DNA of 64,000 nucleotides from Candidatus Omnitrophota bacterium (lineage in GTDB: Bacteria; Omnitrophota; Gorgyraeia; Zapsychrales; Zapsychraceae), in the NCBI GenBank assembly GCA_029261055.1, contig JAJDCA010000014.1, forward strand, positions 207,984-271,983. Reading direction: 5' to 3'. Below are positions 52,696 to 61,013 of this stretch, piece after piece. The notes below the pieces were generated by a model. It did no database searches, was not told the DNA's origin, and saw only the letters and a list, made by a program, of their open reading frames with translations. The position numbers and the translations under genes were made by a program. How positions within the stretch are numbered: the first letter of the stretch is position 1; the number at the start of each line of letters is the position of its first letter.

Positions 52696-53175
52696 ATGAA
52701 AATAGGCGTTATTTCAGATACACATTCGCTTGAAATTCCAAAACAAGTGCTTAAAGCTTTTGAAGAGGTGGATTTCATTATTCATGCGGGTGATTTTTGT
52801 GCAGTAGATGATTTGAACATATTGACAGATATTAAAGAAGTGAAAGCTGTTTATGGTAATATGGATGAATCTAAGATTGTTACAAAGTTTCCTCAACGAC
52901 AAATTTTTTCGTTTGGGAAATTTCTGATCGGGTTGTATCATGGGGAAGGCCCTCCAAAACGGGTATTAGATTTTGTTGTTAGAGAATTTGAAGGGGAGAA
53001 AGTGGATGCGGTTATCTTTGGCCATTCGCATTATCCGTTGATTAAAAAAGTAAATAATGTGCTGTATTTTAACCCTGGAAGTCCGAACGATACTATTCGG
53101 GCTCCATACTGTTCTTATGGTATTTTAGAAATCATTAATGATGAGCTTGTCGCAAAAATTATCAAATTAGGGTAA
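52696..53175 (+). CDS. YfcE/MJ0936-family metallophosphoesterase
   Basis: SDTH, HAGD, GNMD, GHSH, NPGS. Confidence 0.92.
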   Translation: MKIGVISDTHSLEIPKQVLKAFEEVDFIIHAGDFCAVDDLNILTDIKEVKAVYGNMDESKIVTKFPQRQIFSFGKFLIGLYHGEGPPKRVLDFVVREFEGEKVDAVIFGHSHYPLIKKVNNVLYFNPGSPNDTIRAPYCSYGILEIINDELVAKIIKLG

Positions 53176-53179
53176 AAAA

Positions 53180-53659
53180 ATGGAAAAAATATGGGCTCCG
53201 TGGAGAGATCAATACATTACAAAAATTGTTAAGGAAAATAAACAATGCGTTTTTTGTAAAATTCTTGAAGAAAAAAAAGATAAAAAGAATTATATTTTTA
53301 TGCGTAGAAAATATGCCTATGCGGTTCTCAACATTTTTCCCTATAATAATGGTCATATCCTGATAATACCAAATCGACATGTATCGGATATGAGTAAACT
53401 GAAGAAAGCAGAACGCGATGAACTTTTTGATCTTTTGGAGGAAGCTAAGTCTGTTGTCGGTAAAATTCTTTCTCCGGAAGGATATAACATTGGTATCAAC
53501 CTTGGTCGTGTAGCTGGGGCAGGTTTTCCGCAACATTTACACGTTCATCTTGTCCCGCGTTGGTTTGGGGATGTTAATTTTATGCCTGTAACGGCCAATA
53601 CAAAAGTTATATCGCAATCCTTAAAAAGCCTACATGAAAAGTTAGTGAAACATGCGTAA
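53180..53659 (+). CDS. HIT (Fhit/Ap4A phosphorylase-like) protein
   Basis: WAPWR, CVFC, LNIFPYNNGH, HLHVHLVPRW. Confidence 0.92.
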   Translation: MEKIWAPWRDQYITKIVKENKQCVFCKILEEKKDKKNYIFMRRKYAYAVLNIFPYNNGHILIIPNRHVSDMSKLKKAERDELFDLLEEAKSVVGKILSPEGYNIGINLGRVAGAGFPQHLHVHLVPRWFGDVNFMPVTANTKVISQSLKSLHEKLVKHA

Positions 53660-54818
53660 TCGTTTAGACATTGAAGAACTAGAAAAAAAGATATTGGCAC
53701 CTTATGCAATGAAAAGTTGTGAAAGTGCAGGGCGTATTTATGAAGAACCTAAACATGAGGTGCGCACGTGTTATCAGCGTGATAGAGATCGTGTAGTCCA
53801 TTGTGAAGCCTTTAGGAAATTAGAATATAAGACGCAAGTTTTTGTTATTTTTGAAGGGGACTATTACCGGACACGATTGACGCACACCATCGAAGTTGCT
53901 CAAATTGCGCGTACCATTGGACGAAGTCTACAGTTAAACGAAGACCTTATTGAGGCCATTGCCTTGGCGCATGATTTGGGGCATCCACCATTTGGACACG
54001 CTGGAGAACATGCTTTAGATGGTATAATGAAGTCTCTTCATGAGCAGGGTTTTAATCATAATTTGCGTAGTTTTGAAATTGTGACTAAATTTGAAAAGCG
54101 TTATCCTGATTTTGATGGTTTGAATCTGACGGAAGAGGTTTTGATCGGTATTTTAAAACACAAAACAGCCTATGATAAACCAGGAATTTCAGATAAATTT
54201 ACCCATAAAGGCCCTTCATTAGAAGCTCAGGTTGTGGATATCGCTGATTCTTTAGCCTATTTGTCGCATGATATCGATGATGGGTTAACATCTGGATGTA
54301 TTACGGAAGAAGATTTGATCGAAAGTAATTTTTGGCAAAAGGCTTATCAGATTGCCAAAGATCATGTGAGTGTATCCAATAAGGAAATGTTGAAATATCA
54401 GATAGTAAAAGCTTTGATTGATATGCAGATAAGGGACTTATTATCTTTTTCGGGGGATAAAATTACGGCATTAAATTTTCAGAGTTCTGAGGAAGTAAGA
54501 AGTCATGCTGAAACAGTTATTGATTTTAGTCCTGGGATGAACCAAGATAGAAATACTTTGCAAGGTTTATTAAATAAAAAAGTTTATCATCATTACCGTG
54601 TGGAGAGAATGACATCTAAAGCCGCGCGAATTATTAATGATTTATTTGAAGTTTATAAAAAAAATCCAAGTCAATTGCCGTATGCCGTTTATCAGCGGGA
54701 TCAAAAATATGCGGATAAAGATGTGTATGAAATTATTTGTAATTATATTGCGTCCATGACGGACAGGTTTGCCCTCAATGAGCACAAAAAACTCTTCGAC
54801 CCCTACAAAAAAGTATAA
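53652..54818 (+). CDS. dgt: Deoxyguanosinetriphosphate triphosphohydrolase
   Basis: QRDRDR, KTQVF, RTRLTH, AHDLGHPPFGHAGE, YIASMTD. Confidence 0.93.
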   Translation: MRNRLDIEELEKKILAPYAMKSCESAGRIYEEPKHEVRTCYQRDRDRVVHCEAFRKLEYKTQVFVIFEGDYYRTRLTHTIEVAQIARTIGRSLQLNEDLIEAIALAHDLGHPPFGHAGEHALDGIMKSLHEQGFNHNLRSFEIVTKFEKRYPDFDGLNLTEEVLIGILKHKTAYDKPGISDKFTHKGPSLEAQVVDIADSLAYLSHDIDDGLTSGCITEEDLIESNFWQKAYQIAKDHVSVSNKEMLKYQIVKALIDMQIRDLLSFSGDKITALNFQSSEEVRSHAETVIDFSPGMNQDRNTLQGLLNKKVYHHYRVERMTSKAARIINDLFEVYKKNPSQLPYAVYQRDQKYADKDVYEIICNYIASMTDRFALNEHKKLFDPYKKV

Positions 54819-55851
54819 ATTGATTTTATCAGCTGTTCATATGGTTTATAGATTGGTTAATTCTACCTATAATGAACAGGAATTAGTTCTTCGTTTAACG
54901 CGACTACTTTGTCAATTTATTAAAGCTAGTTCGTCCACAATTTATTTATTAAATCCTAAAACAAAAAAAATTGAGCTGATTGGTATTTTTGACAATAAAA
55001 TTAATATTCTTGTGACGAAAAAAAGAGAACTTGCCAAAATTTCAAAAGAAGAATATAGGGTGACACAAGGATATGCTATTTTTGAAAAACATCTTCTAGG
55101 GATACCTCTTGTGGCGGATGACAATGTCGGTGCGGTTTTTATCAAACGTAAAATTCATGAGCCAGCGTTTACTGAATTTGACAAAGAAATTCTTTCTGTT
55201 GTTGCAGAACAATCTGTAACGGCTATTAAGAATTTGCAGTTGTACGAGGAACAACAAAAGGTCATATTGGCGAGTATTAAATTTATTGGAACGTTATTAG
55301 ATCAGCATGGTCCTGCCTGGGGCGTATCGCATACGCCAGTTTTTTTTAAAATTATAAAATGTTTAGGGGACGCTCTTAAAATTGGTGAAGATGAGGTCAA
55401 TAATTTGTATTATGCTAGTGTGTTGCGTGATGCGGGAGCTATTGATGTTCCTTACGAAATTTTATCCAAAACAAGTCAGTTGACACCTGAGGAATTTAAA
55501 GTCATCCGTAATCAACCGGCAAAAAGCGTAGAACTCATTCGTCCGGTTAGGTTTTTGAAACCGGTGTTACCTATTATTTTGTATCACCATGAAAAATATG
55601 ATGGTTCGGGATACCCCTCAGGATTGAAGAAGGAACAAATACCTATAGGGGCCAGAATTATGGCTGTTGTTGATGCTTTTGAAGCTATGACGATAGATAG
55701 GCCCTATAAAAAACGTTTGTCTGTTGAAGAAGCCCTTGAAGAGTTAAAGCACAACAGAGGGACGCAGTTTGATCCTAATGTGGTCAATACCTTTATAAAA
55801 TTATCGCGTCAAAAAAAGTTTAGAAAATACTTGTCTTCTCATCATATATAA
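54778..55851 (+). CDS. GAF-like + HD-GYP domain protein with degenerate HD motif
   Basis: HHEKYDGSGYP.GL, ARIMAVVDAF.AMT..RPYK, GTQFDP; LHDIGK replaced by LRDAGA. Confidence 0.88.
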   Translation: MSTKNSSTPTKKYKLILSAVHMVYRLVNSTYNEQELVLRLTRLLCQFIKASSSTIYLLNPKTKKIELIGIFDNKINILVTKKRELAKISKEEYRVTQGYAIFEKHLLGIPLVADDNVGAVFIKRKIHEPAFTEFDKEILSVVAEQSVTAIKNLQLYEEQQKVILASIKFIGTLLDQHGPAWGVSHTPVFFKIIKCLGDALKIGEDEVNNLYYASVLRDAGAIDVPYEILSKTSQLTPEEFKVIRNQPAKSVELIRPVRFLKPVLPIILYHHEKYDGSGYPSGLKKEQIPIGARIMAVVDAFEAMTIDRPYKKRLSVEEALEELKHNRGTQFDPNVVNTFIKLSRQKKFRKYLSSHHI

Positions 55852-55887
55852 AATTATAATAGATATTATATAAATCAATAAATAAAA

Positions 55888-56475
55888 ATGACTAATAAAA
55901 TAAATAATCAATCTCAATTTGAGCTTTTTCCTGCAAATACACCACCTATCCAAAAAGATAAGAATAAAGGGGGTCCATTAAAAGACTTGACATTCTCAGC
56001 CGAAAATATTATTGTTTTATGCATTGTTTTCGTCATGGTTTTGGTGTTTTGCTTTTCTTTTGGGGTTGACCGCGGGAAAAAGGTAGTTAAACCGCCCTCC
56101 AAAGATGTTATTTCACGCGATTTCCATCAAAATGAGGATGTTGAGATTGTAATTGAAGAGAAAGTAGCAGTTCCATTAAAGGCTCAATTAGCTCCAATAA
56201 AAGAGCCGATCAATGTGGAAAACGAAGTAACATCTGCTGTAGAACTTTCCGTAATAGAAGATTTATTTACTGTCCAAGTCGCCTCCTTTAAAAATGAGGA
56301 AAATGCTCAACGTGAAGCGCAGCGTTTACAGGATTTTGGAGAAGATATATTTGTGCTAACGAAAGGCAGCCATTCGATTGTCTGTATAGGAAAATTTAAT
56401 CTAAAAGAGAATGCCAAAGAGCTTTCTCACAAACTTAAATCAAAATACAATGATTGTTTAGTCAGGAGATTATAA
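55888..56475 (+). CDS. SPOR domain membrane protein
   Basis: Single TM (FSFGVDRGK), C-terminal FTVQVASF...NA SPOR motif. Confidence 0.85.
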   Translation: MTNKINNQSQFELFPANTPPIQKDKNKGGPLKDLTFSAENIIVLCIVFVMVLVFCFSFGVDRGKKVVKPPSKDVISRDFHQNEDVEIVIEEKVAVPLKAQLAPIKEPINVENEVTSAVELSVIEDLFTVQVASFKNEENAQREAQRLQDFGEDIFVLTKGSHSIVCIGKFNLKENAKELSHKLKSKYNDCLVRRL

Positions 56476-56477
56476 TT

Positions 56478-56702
56478 ATGTCATTACATCCTTCATTACG
56501 TGTCGATACAGCCGGAGCCCAACAACGCACGGTTTTAACGCGCATTGAACGCATCAAGGACCTTATGAAAAAAGGGCTCTGGGAAGATGGTCGTTCTGTT
56601 ACAGGTTTACCTAAAACAAAGATTATCAAAATTAAGGCTCAAAAGAAAACTAAAGAAGAAGATGAAGATACAGATGCTGCGGCAAAAGAGGTTAAAAAAT
56701 AA
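56478..56702 (+). CDS. PVC-superphylum small basic protein (TIGR04137-like)
   Basis: MSLHPSL...RTVLTRIERI..L...G.W......GLPK; ATG follows CAGGAG. Confidence 0.85.
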   Translation: MSLHPSLRVDTAGAQQRTVLTRIERIKDLMKKGLWEDGRSVTGLPKTKIIKIKAQKKTKEEDEDTDAAAKEVKK

Positions 56703-56720
56703 AATTAATTTATAATTTTT

Positions 56721-56791
56721 AAGCGTGAAGTGTGAAGCATGAAATGTAGCGTTTAATACGTTTTATGAGCAATGCTTCACGCTTCATAATT
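56721..56791. repeat. Second inverted heptamer-repeat element
   Basis: aagcgtg-aagtgtg-aagcatg-aaatgta ... aatgctt-cacgctt-cataatt. Confidence 0.65.
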
Positions 56792-56818
56792 TTCCCCATC
56801 TCATAAGTTTTACTATCC

Positions 56819-57739
56819 ATGAAAAAAATAATTTCTAATTTCTTCCTAATTACATTCTTCACAATAGGGCTTTCAAGTAGAGGGTGGGCGCAAGATGTAT
56901 TTCCATTCTTAGCAAAAGTTACATCGAAACATGTAAATGTTCGATCAGGGCAAAGTGTGAATTTTGAGTCCTTATATCAGTTTAATAAGGATGATAAGGT
57001 CATTGTTGTTGGAAAAGAATATAGTTGGTACAAAATTGAGCTACCCCCTTTGGCCAAAAGTTTTGTCCATAAAGATTTTGTGCAGAAGATCAATGCGACA
57101 ATTGCTCAGGTTATTGCTGCTCGTGTCAATGTGCGGGCGGGTAAAGGTATTGAACATATGATTCTTGGGCAATTGAACAAAGGCTCGCGAGTACGTATTT
57201 TAGAAGAGACCGAAGAATGGTACAAAATTGAACCTGTCGCCAATACGTATGGATGGATATCCGATAAATTTTTAGAATATGAATCTAAGAGTGTTGCTAT
57301 ACAAAATAAAAAACAAGACATCAGATTATTTGTTGAAGAAAAACAAGAAGAAAAACACGAAGTAAAGCAAAAAGTAAATAAGGATGTAAATCGGAAAGTA
57401 AAGAAGGAAGTAAAGCGGAAAGTAAAGCAGAAAGTAAAACCGCCAAAGGCAGAAAAACAGAAAAAGATCGCCCGCACCACGAAGCCTACCAATCAACCTA
57501 AGTTAGAAAAAGGGCAAGTGGCTGTTGAAGGATATTTAAAGCCCATTCAAAATGCCAAATCGATTGAAGTGCAATATCAGTTTATTATAAATGAACAACA
57601 TGTGTATGATATCCAAGGCCTTAAGCCGGTTTTTGATGAGTTTTTATACCGCAAAGTCGCTATTGAAGGGGTCATTAACACAAAAATATCTTCATTGTAT
57701 CCCGTCATTTTAGTATCCAGAGTGCAATTAATGTTATAG
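56819..57739 (+). CDS. Secreted protein with two SH3b domains and a VKxK low-complexity linker
   Basis: Signal peptide ending GWA-Q; two VNVRxG...WYKI units; ~12-bp period repeats at 57359-57440. Confidence 0.85.
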   Translation: MKKIISNFFLITFFTIGLSSRGWAQDVFPFLAKVTSKHVNVRSGQSVNFESLYQFNKDDKVIVVGKEYSWYKIELPPLAKSFVHKDFVQKINATIAQVIAARVNVRAGKGIEHMILGQLNKGSRVRILEETEEWYKIEPVANTYGWISDKFLEYESKSVAIQNKKQDIRLFVEEKQEEKHEVKQKVNKDVNRKVKKEVKRKVKQKVKPPKAEKQKKIARTTKPTNQPKLEKGQVAVEGYLKPIQNAKSIEVQYQFIINEQHVYDIQGLKPVFDEFLYRKVAIEGVINTKISSLYPVILVSRVQLML

Positions 57740-57749
57740 GAGATGTATC

Positions 57750-58373
57750 ATTTTTGTTCTTCTCATTTTATTTATCACCATCGTCCTTCACGAGTATGCC
57801 CATGCATGGACCGCGTATAAATTAGGAGACCCTACGGCAAAAAACGCAGGGCGACTTACTTTAAATCCCCTCAAGCATGTGGATCCTGTTGGTACCATTT
57901 TTATTCCTGGAATGCTTTATCTATTAAGTCGTTTTGGTATGCCATTGATTTTGTTTGGCTGGGCTAAGCCTGTTCCGGTTAATTTTCAACGGTTATCCAA
58001 TCCTAAGCGAGATATGATTCTTGTCGGCATGGCCGGGCCGGCTATTAATATTTTTATTGCGGTTGTATTAAGTGTGTTTATCAAATTTAATCCAAAACTA
58101 GCTTTCAATGAATGGATGCTGGCAGTCATGTTTATTAATTTGCTGCTAGCGATTTTTAATATGATGCCTATACCGCCTTTGGATGGATCCCGGTTAGTTA
58201 TGGGTTTATTGCCAAATCGTTTGGCATTGCCATATAGTCGGATAGAGCCTTTTGGTATTCCACTTGTGCTGATAGCCGTTATTTATTTTGATATATTTGA
58301 GAAAGTTATTTTACCCATTATTGAAGTATGCGGAAATATGTTGGGTGTAAAATTTATAGGAGTAATTATCTGA
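57750..58373 (+). CDS. Site-2 protease (M50), apparently with a non-canonical ATT/ATC start
   Basis: In-frame VLHEYAH at 57783-57803, GDPTAKNAGRLTLNPLKH, AGP, FNMMPIPPLDG; the ORF-track start at 57879 omits HExxH. Confidence 0.85.
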   Translation: MFVLLILFITIVLHEYAHAWTAYKLGDPTAKNAGRLTLNPLKHVDPVGTIFIPGMLYLLSRFGMPLILFGWAKPVPVNFQRLSNPKRDMILVGMAGPAINIFIAVVLSVFIKFNPKLAFNEWMLAVMFINLLLAIFNMMPIPPLDGSRLVMGLLPNRLALPYSRIEPFGIPLVLIAVIYFDIFEKVILPIIEVCGNMLGVKFIGVII

Positions 58374-59473
58374 TGTCTATCGTTAATGTCGCATTAAAAC
58401 AAAATGCTTATAAAATTGTTGTCGGGCAAAATATTTTAGAAAATTTAGGGAAGCAGGTGAGTAGCCTAAAGATAGGTCTGGATGCTGTGATTATCACGAA
58501 TCCTATTATTAAAAAACATTATGGGAAATTGGTTGCTGCGAGTTTGACTCAAAAGGGTTTTACAGTAAAGTTTTTTGAGGTTCCCGAAGGAGAGAAGAGC
58601 AAGTCGGCAAAGATGGCCTTTCAGCTTATTGAAAAGGTTGCGCAGTATGATCGTTTAAAGAGAGTGTTTATTGTGGCTATGGGGGGCGGTGTTGTTGGGG
58701 ATTTGGCTGGATATGTTGCCGCGGCTTATAAAAGAGGGATACCGTACTTTCAGTTACCAACCACATTTTTGGCCCAAATTGATTCGGCTATCGGTGGAAA
58801 AGTCGGCATTGATTTGCCGATGGGAAAGAATTTAGTAGGAGCCTTTTATCAGCCTAAAGTCGTCTTTAGTGATGTGGCCTCATTGGCAACATTGTCCAAA
58901 CGGCAAATCCGTAACGGTTTGGCTGAAGCAATCAAATATGGCATTATTTATGATAAGAAATTATTTGATTTTATTGCGCGTCACTATGAAAGCCTTTTAA
59001 ATCACGATTTGAAGGCTTTAGAAAAAGTCGTTTTAAGTTGTAGTAAAATAAAAGCCGAAGTGGTTGTGGCTGATGAAAAAGAGACTAAAGGAATTCGTAC
59101 GATACTCAATTTTGGGCATACAGTTGGCCACGCAATTGAAGCAGCCGGCACTTACAATGATTACCAGCATGGTGAAGCGATTGCCTTGGGTATGCGTGTG
59201 GCTGCGGATATTTCGTATCAGTTAAAATTATTATCTTCAGAAAACGTTTTAAAAATTAATCAACTTTTATCCGCTGTAGGGCTTCCGGAAAAAATTCAAA
59301 AAATCCGTTTGGCTGATATTATGCACAAAATGCAACACGATAAGAAATTTCAATCCGGAAAGAATCGTTTTGTTCTTGCTGAAGCGATTGGTAAGGTTAG
59401 CGTTGTCGAAGGGATTGATCTAAAAATAATTAAGCAGGCCATTAAGGCGTATATGTATTCTTCCCGCGTTTGA
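58373..59473 (+). CDS. aroB: 3-dehydroquinate synthase
   Basis: GGGVVGDLAG, PTTFLAQIDSAIGGK, LNFGHT.GHAIE, HGEA. Confidence 0.96.
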   Translation: MSIVNVALKQNAYKIVVGQNILENLGKQVSSLKIGLDAVIITNPIIKKHYGKLVAASLTQKGFTVKFFEVPEGEKSKSAKMAFQLIEKVAQYDRLKRVFIVAMGGGVVGDLAGYVAAAYKRGIPYFQLPTTFLAQIDSAIGGKVGIDLPMGKNLVGAFYQPKVVFSDVASLATLSKRQIRNGLAEAIKYGIIYDKKLFDFIARHYESLLNHDLKALEKVVLSCSKIKAEVVVADEKETKGIRTILNFGHTVGHAIEAAGTYNDYQHGEAIALGMRVAADISYQLKLLSSENVLKINQLLSAVGLPEKIQKIRLADIMHKMQHDKKFQSGKNRFVLAEAIGKVSVVEGIDLKIIKQAIKAYMYSSRV

Positions 59474-60053
59474 TATTGAGGGTGATCGTTTTACCGCTAT
59501 CTGTCCGTAGCTGAACTTCTTTTAATGTAACAGCCATTACTTCAATTACTTCGATACCTTCCACAAATTCTCCCACCGCATAGATTTCATCATTAATTAG
59601 GGCTACATATGTTTCATCGGCTAACATTATGCCACCAAGAATAAGGGTTCTATTATTTGGGATGGCGATTTTTTTAGGTGTTATTTCTTTTGTCACAATA
59701 GGGGCAGATTTTTGTGTTAGTTCGTTCGAGGAAAGGGGCTCTGGCTTTTCAGAAAGGGTAGTCTGGGATGATGTGAAAGTTTGAGTTAATTTTTCCAATT
59801 CAGGGCGATCAAATTTCTTTATTAGAAGAGTAATGGCAAGTCCTGAAATAAAACAGAAGATGGCGATGGCAATAATTATGAATATTGATTGTGTATTGTG
59901 TTTTTTTAGCGGAGTTGGTTTTGAGCTTGGAGTATTTTCTTTTGTATCAGAGGTGTTTTGATTTTTTAATTTGGGGGCCGTTGGAGAGGTTACCGTTTGG
60001 GTTTCTTGTAAATTATTTTGTGTTTTCTTAAGGGCGTCGTGAATAATACTCAT
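59442..60053 (-). CDS. GspB/ExeB-like protein
   Basis: MSIIHDALKK N-terminus, single TM, C-terminal L.GI......ALIN......GE domain. Confidence 0.7.
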   Translation of the reverse strand: MSIIHDALKKTQNNLQETQTVTSPTAPKLKNQNTSDTKENTPSSKPTPLKKHNTQSIFIIIAIAIFCFISGLAITLLIKKFDRPELEKLTQTFTSSQTTLSEKPEPLSSNELTQKSAPIVTKEITPKKIAIPNNRTLILGGIMLADETYVALINDEIYAVGEFVEGIEVIEVMAVTLKEVQLRTDSGKTITLNIKRGKNTYTP

Positions 60054-60868
60054 TATGCAACGACCTCCTCAGCACATTTATGAATAATGTGTTCATCAAT
60101 ACGACCGGTTTCTTCTATAAACCCGGCTAGCAGAGCTCTGTCACATAAAATATTTATCATTCGAGGTGTTCCTAATGAGTAGTTATAAATGGCATCAACG
60201 GCTTCGGAAGTGAAGCGTAGGCCGCATAAGAAATTTTGTGGAGAATTTGCGACTTTTAATCTGTGTTGGATGTATTCTTGGAGTTCAGTGCGGTCCAATG
60301 GTTTGATGTTGAAGCATACGGTAATTCTTTGTTTGAGTTGGCGTAATTCTGGCAGCAGAAGTTTATCGGTTAGTTCCGGCTGGCCAACTAAAATAATTTG
60401 AAGAAGTTTTTCTTTTGTTGTTTCAAGGTTAGAGAGGAGGCGGATTTGCTCTAGCTGCTTGACTTTTAAATTCTGAGATTCATCAATAATGAGGACCACA
60501 TTGTTCCCCTGGTTTGATTCTTCAAGGAGGTATGTGTTTAAGGCATCTATGAGAGCAAATTTATTTCTTGCTTTGGATGTTATCCCAAGGTCCTTGAGAA
60601 TAAATTGAAGTAATTGTATATCGGAAAAACTTGGGTTTAATATAAATGCAGACTTTGTTTTTTTGTCTAATCGGTTTAGAAGCGCTCGGCAGAGGGTTGT
60701 CTTACCTGTGCCGACTTCTCCGGTGATAAGCATAATGCCTTTACGGTGGCTGATCCCGTATAAAAGATTAGAAAATGCTTCGGCATGATTTACGCTGGGG
60801 TAAAAAAAATCGGGATCGGCCGTAATATTAAAAGGGCTTTCGGTAAGTTTATAAAAGTCATTGTACAT
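60053..60868 (-). CDS. ExeA/GspA/MshM-like AAA ATPase without a peptidoglycan-binding domain
   Basis: MY..FY.L...PF, GEVGTGKTT, LIIDESQNL, LVGQPEL, GTPRMIN.LCDRALL. Confidence 0.88.
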   Translation of the reverse strand: MYNDFYKLTESPFNITADPDFFYPSVNHAEAFSNLLYGISHRKGIMLITGEVGTGKTTLCRALLNRLDKKTKSAFILNPSFSDIQLLQFILKDLGITSKARNKFALIDALNTYLLEESNQGNNVVLIIDESQNLKVKQLEQIRLLSNLETTKEKLLQIILVGQPELTDKLLLPELRQLKQRITVCFNIKPLDRTELQEYIQHRLKVANSPQNFLCGLRFTSEAVDAIYNYSLGTPRMINILCDRALLAGFIEETGRIDEHIIHKCAEEVVA

Positions 60869-61013
60869 ATGTAAAGAGTATATCATTTTGTGTTTGTTTG
60901 TAAATGATGGAAACGATTCTTAAAATTTTTTAATTATTTGTAAGCATATAGTTTTTTTATGATAAGCTACTTTTATTGATGAAGTTAGACCATTTTTAGA
61001 ATTTGCTTACGTT

